A stretch of DNA of 47,133 bases from Catajapyx aquilonaris (Eukaryota): contig KZ538039.1 in the NCBI GenBank assembly GCA_000934665.2, forward strand, positions 124,001 through 171,133. Direction: 5' to 3'. Each line of letters starts with the position of its first letter. Position 1 is the stretch's first letter. Made by a program: the position numbers and the translations under genes. The notes under the pieces are model-generated. The model was not told the origin of the DNA and did not search any database. It saw only the letters and a list, made by a program, of their open reading frames with translations. Below, in pieces: positions 1-11,796 of this stretch.

Positions 1-86
1 ATGAGTGTGACCACCATCATGGTCGCCACCATGGTGAGGCAGCAGCACGCCCTCAGCACCGGACCGACCCGTATCCACTGCGACAT
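1..86 (-). CDS. Possible N-terminus of a gene running off the left edge (MSQWIRVGPVLRACCCLTMVATMMVVTL...), signal-anchor-like
   Basis: ATG at 86 opens a frame that stays open to position 1 and ends in a hydrophobic stretch. Candidate acceptor ttgcag|ATTT (exon start 646) and candidate upstream donor AAG|gtaggc (5465). No family recognised. Confidence 0.3.
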   Translation of the reverse strand, partial: MSQWIRVGPVLRACCCLTMVATMMVVTL

Positions 87-1145
87 CGGGCAAGGAGAAG
101 GTGCTCCTTCACACAATCATAGGGCAGCAGACATACATTTTTGGGAGGCTGGGGGAGTCCCCTCAGGTCGCCAACACACACGCACGCGCGACTGCCTGTT
201 GCCTAGATATGCTGCATCCCCCGATTGTTGGCGCATGCGATGCAGCCTCCCACCTACTATTCCCCGACCGCATGATCATTAGGACTACTCCCACAACCCA
301 ATTTTTATCCATTGCACCCTCGATATCCGCCCCCGCCAAGCACAAGCACAACCCCACAGGGACAGCCAAAAGAATAGGATAGGATGGGGGGAAAAGGGGG
401 GATCTCCTGAAATATCCAATCCCCAGGATCAATAGTGTCTGCGTAAATGGGTTCGACGGATCCACCGACAGGTTAATAGTCAGTCAGGAGGGATATACAT
501 TAGCGGGGGAGTGTATACGTGCATTGATCGGTTATGCAAGCACTTCATCCTGGAGGGCACGCAACACACCACGCTGCCTATCTCTCAGGATGTGCTGCGG
601 CCCTCAGGCTGCTCATTCTCCCAATAGGGTTTTCATGCCCAGAAATCTGCAAAGTCCATAAAAGTCCGAGAGTCCGAAAGTAGGTCGACTCCGATTTGGG
701 GGGGGGGGGGGGGGGNGGGAGGGAGGGATCCCTGTCAGTGATACATTTCATGCAATCCGACCGATCCCCGCAGCTTCGACGGTACGTCCCTAAGCAATAC
801 TGGCATTCCCGATGGGGCATGCATAAGCACACAGCCATCCACCAAATTACATGCACCAGTGCAATACCTCTTTAGAGCTCAGTGTTATATGGCGAGTAGG
901 GTGTTAGCAACTTTTCCGCCGCTGCCTCGCGCTAAGCGTATTGGCTGCGGATATGAGAAATATACCACTACCAGAAATTGCGCTTCAGCACAACGACTGC
1001 AAGGAACGAATGGCTCTGCTTTGTATGTACTGCAGCGACGTCTGCACTTTTGCACTTCAAAAGTTTCGTTTTTATTCAGACTCTCACTCTCTTCAAGCGA
1101 TGGTCAGACCTTATTATCCTAATTGCATTCCCATAATGAATTATG

Positions 1146-1303
1146 CAGTGAAACCTGTCTATAGCGGAGTCGAACATTTACCGTAAATTACTACTGTAAT
1201 TCCGCTGTGATGACAAAAATGCAAGGTATCAAACAAAGAAATTATCCAATCTAAAAATTTCCTCTGTATCCGCAATCATTCTGTATGTAGACAGGTTTCA
1301 CTG
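1146..1303. mobile_element. Short MITE, Tc1/mariner(pogo)-like termini
   Basis: Perfect 16-bp TIR CAGTGAAACCTGTCTA (1146-1161) / TAGACAGGTTTCACTG (1288-1303); TA target duplication degenerate. Confidence 0.7.
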
Positions 1304-1404
1304 TCTTCCACTATCTAGAATTCTAGAAATCCTTAAAATGCAAGATGTAGTCCCGATTGCACATTGCAATCGCCTCTTTCGAGAGAAACTTAAATCATCC
1401 TTTC

Positions 1405-1405
<1 letters not shown>

Positions 1406-1483
<78 letters not shown>
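1406..1483. repeat. (AAT)n microsatellite, about 25 units
   Basis: Uninterrupted AAT run; explains the poly-Ile ORF 1390-1641. Confidence 0.98.
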
Positions 1484-1765
1484 TCCAGTGGAGATGCAGA
1501 ACTACTACAGTAACTAAAATCGCACATTAATGACCGGTTGTACAAAAGCAATTTGGAAAAAAAACGCCGATTCTCTGTCGTGTATTCGCAAAACATGATC
1601 AGATATTTGTATGTAATTTTCTTTTCGAGTTGATACAACAAGCACTTAATAACGCATGAAAATTAAAATCAGTTCCTCGCAGGATGTTTCAGGAGTTATT
1701 TCAGTTACCAAGGCGTACACAGTGTATCCCAAGATCGATGTCGGTAATGATTGCGCTAATTTTTC

Positions 1766-2430
1766 GTGAGGTTGCTCCTAATGATATTAAATTGATACAT
1801 TCATTTCATATGCATAAATCGCATTCCTCTCGAATGGGTAGACAGCGATGAAAATTTAATGAGAATAAGATTACAGATGAAAAGGTAAAATTTAGTTTGA
1901 GCCTAATTATAAATACCTGCCTGAGAAATGTGTATTTGAAAGTAAAGATTTCGATGTTTACCCCGGCTTTGACATGGCCACATAAAGTGTTAGGAGCACT
2001 GGAGAATATTTACATAAGTTTTTCTATATACAGTATATCGGAAAATACTCAATTTTTAAAGTTGCTCATTGTTCATGAATAGTAATATTTTATAAGCTAA
2101 TGACTGCCGTGTATCTGGTCACAGACTACAGTACCCCTTAAAATTGGGCTGTAGAAAGAGAAACCTGCTGTAGTTCACACACATGAAGTAAATTACTATC
2201 AATATTAGTCAATAAGCAGTAACTCAAAGATACAAACCTGTTCTAACATTGTCAGAAATAGAAAAGTAATTATACCAAAATTAGCAAATGTTTATAAAGC
2301 TTTCTGCTGGCATTTAAGTTGAAAAATTGAAAAATCGTGATTTTTCACATCCAAATTGATAAGTTGGGGGTTTAATTAGGCACATCCTTTGTTTTACTTT
2401 TCCATTTAATTTTATTAGGAGCAACCTCAC
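1766..2430. mobile_element. Non-autonomous TIR element (~660 bp), superfamily uncertain
   Basis: GTGAGGTTGCTCCTAATGATATTAAAT at 1766 is near-complementary to ATTTAATTTTATTAGGAGCAACCTCAC ending 2430; AT-rich non-coding interior. Confidence 0.65.
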
Positions 2431-3252
2431 TTAAAACTATCACTATACCTGCCAACATCATTCTATCCTGGCATCAGATTTATCTGCACAAGAGGGTGCC
2501 TTGGAAAACATCCTTGAATTTCGCAATGGGTAACTAAATTGCATCAAAGTTGCGTCAAGTTCCTAACAAGATGAAAGACCATATAGCAAGTGGCAGAATA
2601 ATTAGGTTTGAATTGAATTTTCGTAAAAATATTAAACACGCTGTAGAATTTTAATTACACCAACTGCTTCACTTGCGAATGAAAAACTGAAAATGTTATC
2701 CTTTATCCGGTTAGAATCCTGTATGGTATGTCTCTATTAGTACATCGTAAAAGCCCTTTCATGGCATTCCTCAGGATATTGGATACAAGAGAAGTCCATG
2801 GTCAAGAATATTGCATATCATTTCTTCTTTTATGGCAGTACCTTTACTACGACTTTTAAAATCGGAGTCTTTGCACAAAAAAAACACTTTTTACCCTCCT
2901 TGGCTGTTATCACAATAGCAACATTCAACAGTACCTAATGAGGCAACCAAAAATTCTAGAGAAAGTCTTATATTTCCATCAGGAGGTTAAATATAAACAA
3001 ACACCAGAAGTTCAGTCCAATTAAAACAAGTATCATTCTTCAAACATTTTAGAATATTAATTTACCCAAGTTACACTGCACAGTGCACACACTCTTGTTA
3101 AATAAATCAACAAACAGTTATCTGTCAGAGATATCCAATACTCCAACCCAAACTACAAAAGAGCAAATAATAACCCTCCGAGAGTTAAATACTGCAGATC
3201 CCAGGATCCACTTAACTAAACTGCAACTGACCCTTACTACCTCACTACAATA

Positions 3253-3313
3253 TTACTAGATGTATAGTATGTATACTAAAATTATTTTAGTATACATACT
3301 ACACATCTAGTAA
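3253..3313. repeat. Near-perfect palindrome (30-bp arms, 1-nt spacer)
   Basis: TTACTAGATGTATAGTATGTATACTAAAAT-T-ATTTTAGTATACATACTACACATCTAGTAA, one mismatch. Confidence 0.9.
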
Positions 3314-5464
3314 ATAACTCTTCTTGGTATGTCAGGGATAGGAACAAAAAATTCAGCTGTTCCCTTGACATGCAATTGAAGCTGTCATGTGCTATGCCTG
3401 ATCAGCTGCTAGCAAATAGATGTGACATTCCGTCGCCTTCAGTCTTTCCCACCCTACAACAGCACAACCTGATTGTAAGCTTCATCAACATATTGTGTAA
3501 TGATATTTTGGAAATGGTGCATAAAAAATCCCAAATATTAATTTCTATTAAAGTTAATTCCAAGTTTTTCACACAACTACATTAGTGTCATGGTATTTCA
3601 TGTCAATAATTTTCTGTCTCCTCTTGTTTTTTTTAAGCAATGGAAGATTTATCATGCTATGTAGCCTGGAGTTCTTACTGTTAATTGGCTAGAAAAGGAT
3701 GCTACTGTTCCCTCTCTTAGGTCCCTGCATCTCTGCAGGCATGCATGATTTTTTTAAAGGGAAGAAGGTTTAGTGCTTGTGATGGGAAAGGGGCTGTAGC
3801 ACTTTAGAGTTTAGATTATTATTATTGGTTAAGTGAGATATGCATTATATGGCTTTGACAATACAATTGCGCAATACCATCTCTCGAATGAGGTGGCAAA
3901 ACAGTGAAGCTGCCATGCCCTTATCTGCTGAAATGACGTGGAGATGGCTTATAGGGCCTAAGCTAGCTCCTATAATGTACACTACTGTATGTTACACGTT
4001 GCAAGCATGGGATTTAAAATCTAGTTTAGCACATTATCTTTCACAGAAAGGAGTAGAGCAAGTAAATAAAAAGTGCTTCCCTAGGAACACTTCTGACATT
4101 GACAAATTACAAGGAATATTGATCTGCACAAATCCTACCAAAAATACGAGTCTACATTCAGTTCATGCCTCTACTATACCATAATTTCATTCGTTTTAAA
4201 TGCAGAACTTTACATTTATATTTAATTCTAACATTTCACATAATTATGTTACCATTGTAGTGTAAGCAATGGGAGTTAACGTTGGGGAGTTAACAACAAG
4301 GACCAAAACTCTACTTCTACACACCTTTCAACTACGCATTTACTCTGCCAATCAGGCGATGTTGACATAAAGATTTGAGTCCCAGATGTCCCAACTTAGG
4401 GCAGCCTAGACCTAACCAGCCAACTAAACTGCCTTGGTCGTTACTTACAAGGGTAACAAAAAAATTGCTCCTAACATTAAGCTGAATGGAAGCATCCTTG
4501 TTTGCTGGCATGCCAGGTGGTAAAATTGGAATGCATTATTATTTGATTCTTCAATTGAACCATTGCTCTTCGAGGTCACAAGCAGAACTCCTTTATTGCA
4601 GGATAGCTTGTGTTACAGTTATCATTGCAGATGCTTCTATCCAATCAAATGTTAGAAGCAGTATTGTTGCTGTCCCTAAGTGTGACTATTCAAAAGTAGC
4701 TAGTAGATAATATCCTTACAATATTGCTTTACATATGTTAATATAATTACACTTAACACTTGTAACCTTCATGCTACCATACTAACCCACAAATGTACGT
4801 AAATGAGTGTTAACTGCCATGCCTACATCAAACGTGCTGTGTTGTATTGATTATTACTGGCCTGACTTCCCTTTCAGCCAGGTGGGGAGGAGTCAGAAGA
4901 GATTTATATTTCACATGCAATATTACATTGACATGTTCTAAATTACGCCTATGGCTGCAAGATAATTTTACTGTGTGTTGCCTAAACTGCACCAGATTCA
5001 TAGCCACTCAGCAAATATGCATAACCAGGAGGTAATTACAATGCAAACTTTAATATCAGTAAAAAAAACTAGTTTTTCAGGCCTTTTATCTATGCACATC
5101 TATCAGCTGGGCAGCCCATGACAGCAATTCAGCTTATAATAACAAATTGCTGCTGTCAACAGCATAAATATTTGTACATTATCATGCCAATATTTTGGCA
5201 CCGTTTTCCTGCTGCCAAGGCGCAACTTGCCTTAGCCGACATTGTACAAATCAAGCTACAAATTAGTTACTTAAGTTTGTACGAAACATGTTCCATCCGT
5301 GCCAATATCCATTCTATATTCCAAACCATTCTTAAAAATACAACACTGGTGACGCACCTGCACCAAACAAGAAAAAATCAAAAGGCCAGCTCCCCCCAAA
5401 AATAGCAACAACCCCCCATAAAGAATGCAAGAGAAGGAGCCTCTGTCTCTCTGTGTGTGCCTAC

Positions 5465-5990
5465 CTTCAAGCCGTTCAATGTCCCCGTAGTCTCTGTAGT
5501 GTCCCCTGGCGTGATGTTTCACCATCCTGACTGGCCCTCCCCGCACCCACAGCGATCGACCCCCTTCCTATTCGCCGAGCCTTGGCGTTGTCGGCATGGC
5601 CACGGGTGCGACGCAGAAGGCCCGCGCGTGTGAAGGGTGATTCCGAGGGCGGTGTGGACCAAGGCAACACGGGTCAAGAGAGATACAACAGCGACTCTCA
5701 CGCGGCGTCCATCTTTCGGACGTCACGGTGGGGCTTTTTCGGCCGATCCTTCTAAGACCGTGGGCCGATCTATTCCAAAAGGGGCGCGTTCCCGTCGCTG
5801 TCCATCCCCGGGAAGCGGAACCGTTCGAAATGAGAGTGTCGCACTGCGGGGTCACAGGACTTGCCAATAACGTCACCGGGAATCGACGACAGCTCTGCAT
5901 TTTTTTTGTGCCAATTTTAGGCCAGTCATGGATTATTTTTTTGGCGAAATAGAATGCGCGTGTCGAATCGAGGCAGGAGCTACATAAGCA
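5465..5990 (-). promoter_or_regulatory. CpG-rich putative promoter and non-coding first exon of the left-edge gene
   Basis: Abrupt GC/CpG-rich island in AT-rich DNA, AAGATGG motif near 5712, donor GAAG|gtaggc at 5465/5464; no recognisable protein in any frame. Confidence 0.4.
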
Positions 5991-6185
5991 AAATAATATT
6001 TTCTTGTATTACTACAGTACCAAAATTTGGCAACACTGCCCGGCCCTCCCCCCACTTGGACGTAGTACGATGACCACTGCCAGTTGGCACACACTCCCTC
6101 TCTGCAGTCTGCATGCTATTTGCCACTATCAGGGGGCAAGTAGTACTACTGTACGGTACCTGACGGTACTAAATGCATGTGCAGT

Positions 6186-6514
6186 ACACTGTAAACTGCA
6201 AAACATTAAAAGATCATTAAATATTGATGCTTTTCAGCAACAAAAATGCATCAAAGCATTAGAAGAGTATTAAAAATGTATCCTCCGTGGAAGACTCACT
6301 ACACTGCAAACTGCGAAACATTAAAAGAGCATCACTGGTGAGTCTCTCATGGAACATCACTTTTTACTGCTCTTCTAAATGCTCCAGTGATGCTTTTTTG
6401 TTGCTAAAAAGCATTAGCAGAGCATTAAAAATTGATGTTCCATGAGAGATTCACCAGTGATGCTCTTTTAATGCTCTGCGGTTTACAGTGTAGTTAATGT
6501 TTTGCAGTTTACAG
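6186..6514. mobile_element. Nested pair of same-family fold-back MITEs
   Basis: Inner copy about 6299-6493 with ~60-bp TIRs (CTACACTGCAAACTGCGAAACATTAAAAGAGCATCACTGGTG...). Outer copy ends CTGTAAACTGCAAAACATTAA (6189) / TTAATGTTTTGCAGTTTACAG (6494-6514). Confidence 0.75.
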
Positions 6515-6952
6515 CTGATGAGTTACCATGTGGACAAACGCCACCCTAGTGCTGTAACCAGCACATGTCATGCCTCTGTTGAAGCGTGTCACAACCTCTG
6601 ACCACTATAAAGTGAGCCAGTTCCCCTATGAGGTAATAAATAATAATTAATAATTAATAATAAAAGTAAACAGTGAACCAGCTGTGTCCTGTCATTATTG
6701 AATGGGGAGAAGTGACAACAATGGTAACTACATGCACCTAGGTGATGAGTCAATGCATTTAGGGACAGAGTCACGCATAGCGAATTCTGTGACATTTTTG
6801 TAATACATAAGCTAAAAATATTTTCTTATATGCATAGCTCTAAACCTTCATATATTACACTACATTTAAAATAATTGATTATAACTTTATTAATAATTAA
6901 TTAGAATTTTATTACACAATGCTCTTTGACCTACATACTACTGTACACAGTA

Positions 6953-7419
6953 CAGTTGAATCCAGATATAACAGTCTTCAAGGGACCATGGGAAGAAAAA
7001 AAAAGTTACAACCTACGTCTCTTATAGCCAAATCGTCACTTTTGCAATGAATACACAAAGTTTTCTGCTTTCCACATTCTTATAATGCACACTACTGCAT
7101 ACTGATAAAATCCATCAAAAATGAAATATTAACTAACCCAAAAATTATGCAGCACCAAAAAAAAAAAACGTAATTTTCTTCAGCCGTCCATACTCCCTGC
7201 TGCCGTCTACTTTCTGCCATTTTTATACCAGAAAAGGCATATTTTCCTGCTGAGGAGCCAAAAAATGATCCATTATAGCCGAGGTGGGGTGAAAATGAGT
7301 CTGTTACGTAAGACGTAAAAATACACAGGGCCTTATGGAAGTATGGCAGGACCGGGCTTTCGAGTCTGCTATAACCGAAAGTCCGTTATAACCAAGTCCG
7401 TCATATCTGGATACAACTG
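6953..7419. mobile_element. Tc1/mariner (pogo/Tigger-like) MITE, copy 1
   Basis: TA|CAGTTGAATCCAGATATAAC ... GTCATATCTGGATACAACTG|TA; interior homologous to 19463-19860. Confidence 0.9.
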
Positions 7420-7565
7420 TACTATTTACAACAGGATGTGACACATTTAAAAATTTGATACCACCACATTTCCGTCAATACAATATTACTGAATCCCATT
7501 GTGTCAACATATACAACATACATGTTTGAAAACTGTCACAAAGTGGGAAAAAAACAAGTACAATC

Positions 7566-9850
7566 TTACTTTTTATCGACATGCTTTCTGAGAGCACTTC
7601 GCACAGCCATGCCCTGCTTGTAGCTATCGTTATCTTCAGGCATCTCGGCCTCGCATCTGACACTTACAGCATCGGATTCATCCATCCACTCATCAGAACA
7701 CTCGTCACCCCTGACTTGACACAAATTGTGGAGCACACAGCAGGCAGCAATGATGGTGTCCAGGCGTTCGGGCATACAACAATCTGCCTTCGACAGGATC
7801 CTGAATCTTCCTCGTATGTGCCTCACAGTTTCATGCAGTATGTCCAGAGCTACTTGCAAATTGCTGTTAAAGTTGACCTCAACTTCGACAATATCATCAC
7901 TTGGCAGGTATGGCACAATTGTCCATGGCGTCAAGGGAAAATTAACGTCTGCAATCACTACCAGGGGAACCTCAACACCCTCAATGTTTTTGGTCCAGGT
8001 TGGAAACAAGGCTCCAGACTCCCTCCCAGCATATATGTCCCCATTTATAAATGCATCACGGGTTGATTTACACTTTCTGGCTGGGCTAACATGTGAAACG
8101 AGACCTCGTGGATCTGTCAACATGATGAAGGATGTGCTGGGTATGTCAACCAATCCAATAACCCCGGCACACTGTGGAATTTTACAAGATGCCTCAAAAT
8201 TCTGGACCACATCATCTAAATATGGTCCTGATGGAATTCCCACCAATCTCGGCTGTAAAATATTAGAAATGGCTGTGCATATTGTCCACAGGCACTCCTC
8301 TACTTCCTCCAACTCCACATCAAACTTTTGGTCTGATGACTGGCCACTGGGGTTGGTCAATCGAAATAGTCCAATAGCAAGAGTTCTCTTTGGAACCTCC
8401 AACTCTTGAAACAAGTACTCAAAGGAATCCAAACTAATGCGAAAGTCAGCCATGAACTCTTGTGGTGACACTTCTCCTGATTCAAACCGCTGCCACCAAT
8501 CCTGCAATAAAGTGCATTAATCATTTATCAGTTTTGATATTTGAAAATGAAGGCGTTACAGGTAATTCAGATATACTGTATCCAGTTAACCTTTACATTG
8601 ATGGTGATATGCAATAATGAGTCAACCCACATGAGAACAGTTTTGAGAAAAAGGGCCACCTGTGAAATTAATTTGTGTCCTTTTTGGTCATTAATGGCAT
8701 TAAGTATGCAGATTTTGCCAACTTGATATTACCTGAATGAAGTACGATCCTTTGGGTATAATTATGTTCCTAGGCTTAACTCAATTTTGGCACTTTTGTG
8801 GGTTGACACATTATTGAGTAACACCATCCACATAACCTATCCAGCTGGTCAGTGACATGGACAAAACCCAAGTTACAGCAGTCTGAACAACAAAACCCAT
8901 GTTACAGCAGTCTGAGAACTGTTGTTATATATTCTTACCTCCTTCACAAGTTCTTTTCCTCCTCCAATCCACCCTGAATCAGCTGCCAAGGAGGTCAGGC
9001 CTCCAAGACCCATATCAGTAGTGGAAAAAACCTGGCCCTGAATCAACAGCCTGTTTGCGAACCGCCTGGCTCGTTGCTTGGACCATCTCAACCTCCGCTG
9101 CAAGTCCTTCCTCCTCTGCAATGCCTTCCATTCCATCCAATGACCCATTGCAATAAACGCTGAACCCATAACCTGTGCTGCTTGATCAGCAGTGGATCCT
9201 ACGCAGCATCCACCTCCGGGGCTGCCGCAATCAACTTGAGATGACTCAGGAGGTGCCATTGCGGCCAGATCTAGGGGACACGGATAAAAATCAACAGATA
9301 CATTTCCCTTCATTTTGATGTTCACCAGTTAAGGCGCGTAACTATTTCTGAGACATAATGAGAAGCTTCTTTCATCCTCATCAGGTTCAATGTGTGCGCA
9401 ATAGTACATGTCCACCACTAGATCATTTGGCAACACATTCCTAGAAATATCGCACAAGGCAATCACATTGTATACCCCATTTTAGCACTTATAAAAGTAC
9501 ATGCTTATAAAAGTGGTGTAGCTGAATAAACAGGCCACGATTCATGGTATGGTGAGTGGTTCATTCAGCCGAGTTAAGCCAAGCAAACATTGGTGGTTAA
9601 AACAACAGCCATCGGCCACCACACTTGTAATGTCCAGAAATAGCAACCAGCAAATTCTCATTTCTTCTTTTTCATACGTACGCCTGGAATCTGTGGAATC
9701 TCTCCTTCCCTGGGCGGAGGTTGGAATGATGGCCAGATTGGCCTTGGAGACCGGAGAGGAAAAGATGTCTCGCAGAGGAAGGGAGGAAGTCAACTTACAC
9801 AACAGAAAGCAACAAATAAAGATGGCGACTACTAGTTCGGTTGGCAGCAT
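7566..9850 (-). CDS. Harbinger/PIF transposase-derived (HARBI1/ALP1-like, DDE_Tnp_4-type) protein, ~439 aa, probably domesticated
   Basis: Exons 9850-9799, 9270-8939, 8501-7566, all GT-AG and phase-compatible (alternative start ATG 9259). Family motifs DWW..F..FRIS.DSF.YL, IPQCAGVI, VPLVVIAD..FPL.PW..VPY, FN, RGRFRIL, IIAACCVLHNLC, G.AVRSAL. Confidence 0.85.
8600..8828. mobile_element. MITE in intron 2 of the Harbinger-derived gene
   Basis: ~32-bp imperfect TIR GATGGTGATATGCAATAATGAGTCAACCCACA / TGTGGGTTGACACATTATTGAGTAACACCATC. Confidence 0.7.
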
Positions 9851-9994
9851 TGGACAGAATTCATACTGTACGCCACGGTCTTAGAAGGATAGGTCCGGAA
9901 ACTCCCCGCTATCTTGCGATCCGTTACTCAATCCCGCCGTGGCGCTGACTGGAGGTCGCCATGATGTGAACTGGATCGTGAACACATCCATATT

Positions 9995-10007
9995 GCGGCC
10001 ATCTTGG
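9995..10007 (-). promoter_or_regulatory. YY1/TISU-like motif near the 5' end of the Harbinger-derived gene
   Basis: CCAAGATGGCCGC on the minus strand within a CpG-rich patch (~9870-10150). Confidence 0.5.
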
Positions 10008-11796
10008 TATACGCTATCGGTAGTAATCGGGAGGGGGGTCGCTGATAAACCTAGTAATCGGGAGGAGGGTTATGGCGAATGGAGTTGTTATGGCGAATGA
10101 ACGACACGCACAGCGAGATTCCATTGTTTTTACTATTGCCGCTGCGGGAAGGAATAACGGATCAGCCTTTTCTATTGCGCTGGGATAGAAGTGTCTAGGG
10201 GCTGCTGTACGCCCTCCTAAAAAAGTGCATAAATTTAGTTATGAGAACTTTAAATTATAAAATCAAATTGACATCTACGGTGATGATTACTTTTATGAAA
10301 TTTTAAGATTAATTATTAGGATTGGCATTATCTGTTGGGAACCATTGTAGATGCCGGGATTTTCGTACATTTTCAAGGACCCTGTAGATCACACTCGCGT
10401 CCGGTTACTCCATTTTAACAGGCAGTTAAAAGCTCACTGCAGTTTAGCCTGCACAGGCAGCATCACGGGGCAGCCTAAAGACCTGCTTCCGGCATTGCAT
10501 TTTCTTCCATTTTTTTCTGTGTAGTCCTCCAAGTGACGTCCAACTCCTCACCCACTACCACAGCACTTGCTTTCCATGTGTAACATAACATTACTCTCAA
10601 CTTGTTTCCCTCCTCATAAATAAATTCTTCTGAGTAAAATATCAAAATAATTGTTGCTGTTCGAGAAAACTTCAGTCTTGTGTTGCGCTCCATTCACATA
10701 TACCAGGCGTTGAGGTACAGTACAGTACTGCACCTCCGGAACCTGGATCACCAGCTTTTCCATGTCATTCACCCTAATACAATTAACATTTTTGCCACAA
10801 CAGAAGGCCTTAAACTTAAAAGCAAGTAGATCAAGAGTCGTCACTGGTCTTCAGAAGAGTTGTCTGGACTTGTCACACTGTAATGAATGTTAAATGACTA
10901 CATAATGAAACCTGCATGGAGGAGAATCACTTCGCCATAATGGACAAGTTTCGGTTTTATCAGAGAACACTAAAATATAGAAAAAACATTTAAGGCTTGT
11001 TACAAGTCTCCAATTTGATGTCACCATGCTGTTTGTATGAGTTTCAAATGCCTTTCAAATGTTAATGTTCCAGTGTATGATTTCATCCGTGTGATGCAAG
11101 CACTCTCTCTCTCTTTCACTGCTACCTCTCTTCTGAAACATAGCAGCATTACACCAATATAAACTCTCACTAGTGTAATGTTGTGTATCTTTGTGCTATT
11201 TCAAAGAAAGCGAATGTGTGGACAGACCTCAACATTTTCAGTGTAATCTTTGAGTCACTGCAAACAAATGAAAACAAAAATATTAATTCCAATCCCTTCT
11301 GGGAGCAAAGAATTCTCAAGTACCGGTACTTGAAATTCCAACCATCAAATGTTACAGATAAGGAAACTCAGGAGATATTTTTTCCAGGAGAAAGTGGAGG
11401 AACCAGAAAATTGATGTTTTCTGGACATTCCTGACAATTTGAAGGCAACTATGTTCATAAATTAATAATGTTTAGGGACCTTTGCATATTTAATTTCAAA
11501 TCTTTACATGCAGAAAATTCTGCCATAGAAGGTCAGAACTCAGATCTCAACAATGTCAACTTTTCCCACCTATGTTTATGGTAGCTGAATACACAGATAG
11601 CAACATAATACCACTTACTACAAGTATATCAACTAAAAAGAATTGGAATGGATTTTTTTACATTGTACACCAATAATAATTCAATCCCACATTACCTGGA
11701 GGGAAACGACCTTACATACATGTTTCCCTTGATAACTTTCCAAAATAGTTTGATTCTGATCATTCCATCACTTTTCACTGGTATGTTAAAAAATCC

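Noticed and set aside
697..722. Poly-G run containing an N (poly-Pro ORF 578-856)
   Set aside because: Homopolymer with an ambiguous base; low complexity or assembly uncertainty, not coding evidence
1390..1641. Poly-Ile ORF
   Set aside because: Artefact of the (AAT)n microsatellite
5271..5952. Cluster of overlapping ORFs on both strands
   Set aside because: Expected in a GC-rich patch; no recognisable motifs; better explained as promoter/5' UTR
7581..8409. Long plus-strand ORFs (161 and 227 aa)
   Set aside because: Antisense shadows of the Harbinger-derived exon
6953..10100. Intact autonomous Harbinger transposon around the transposase-like gene
   Set aside because: No matching TIR pair or TWA duplication seen; the adjacent MITE is Tc1/mariner-type (TA); no second Myb/SANT ORF; catalytic residues appear lost
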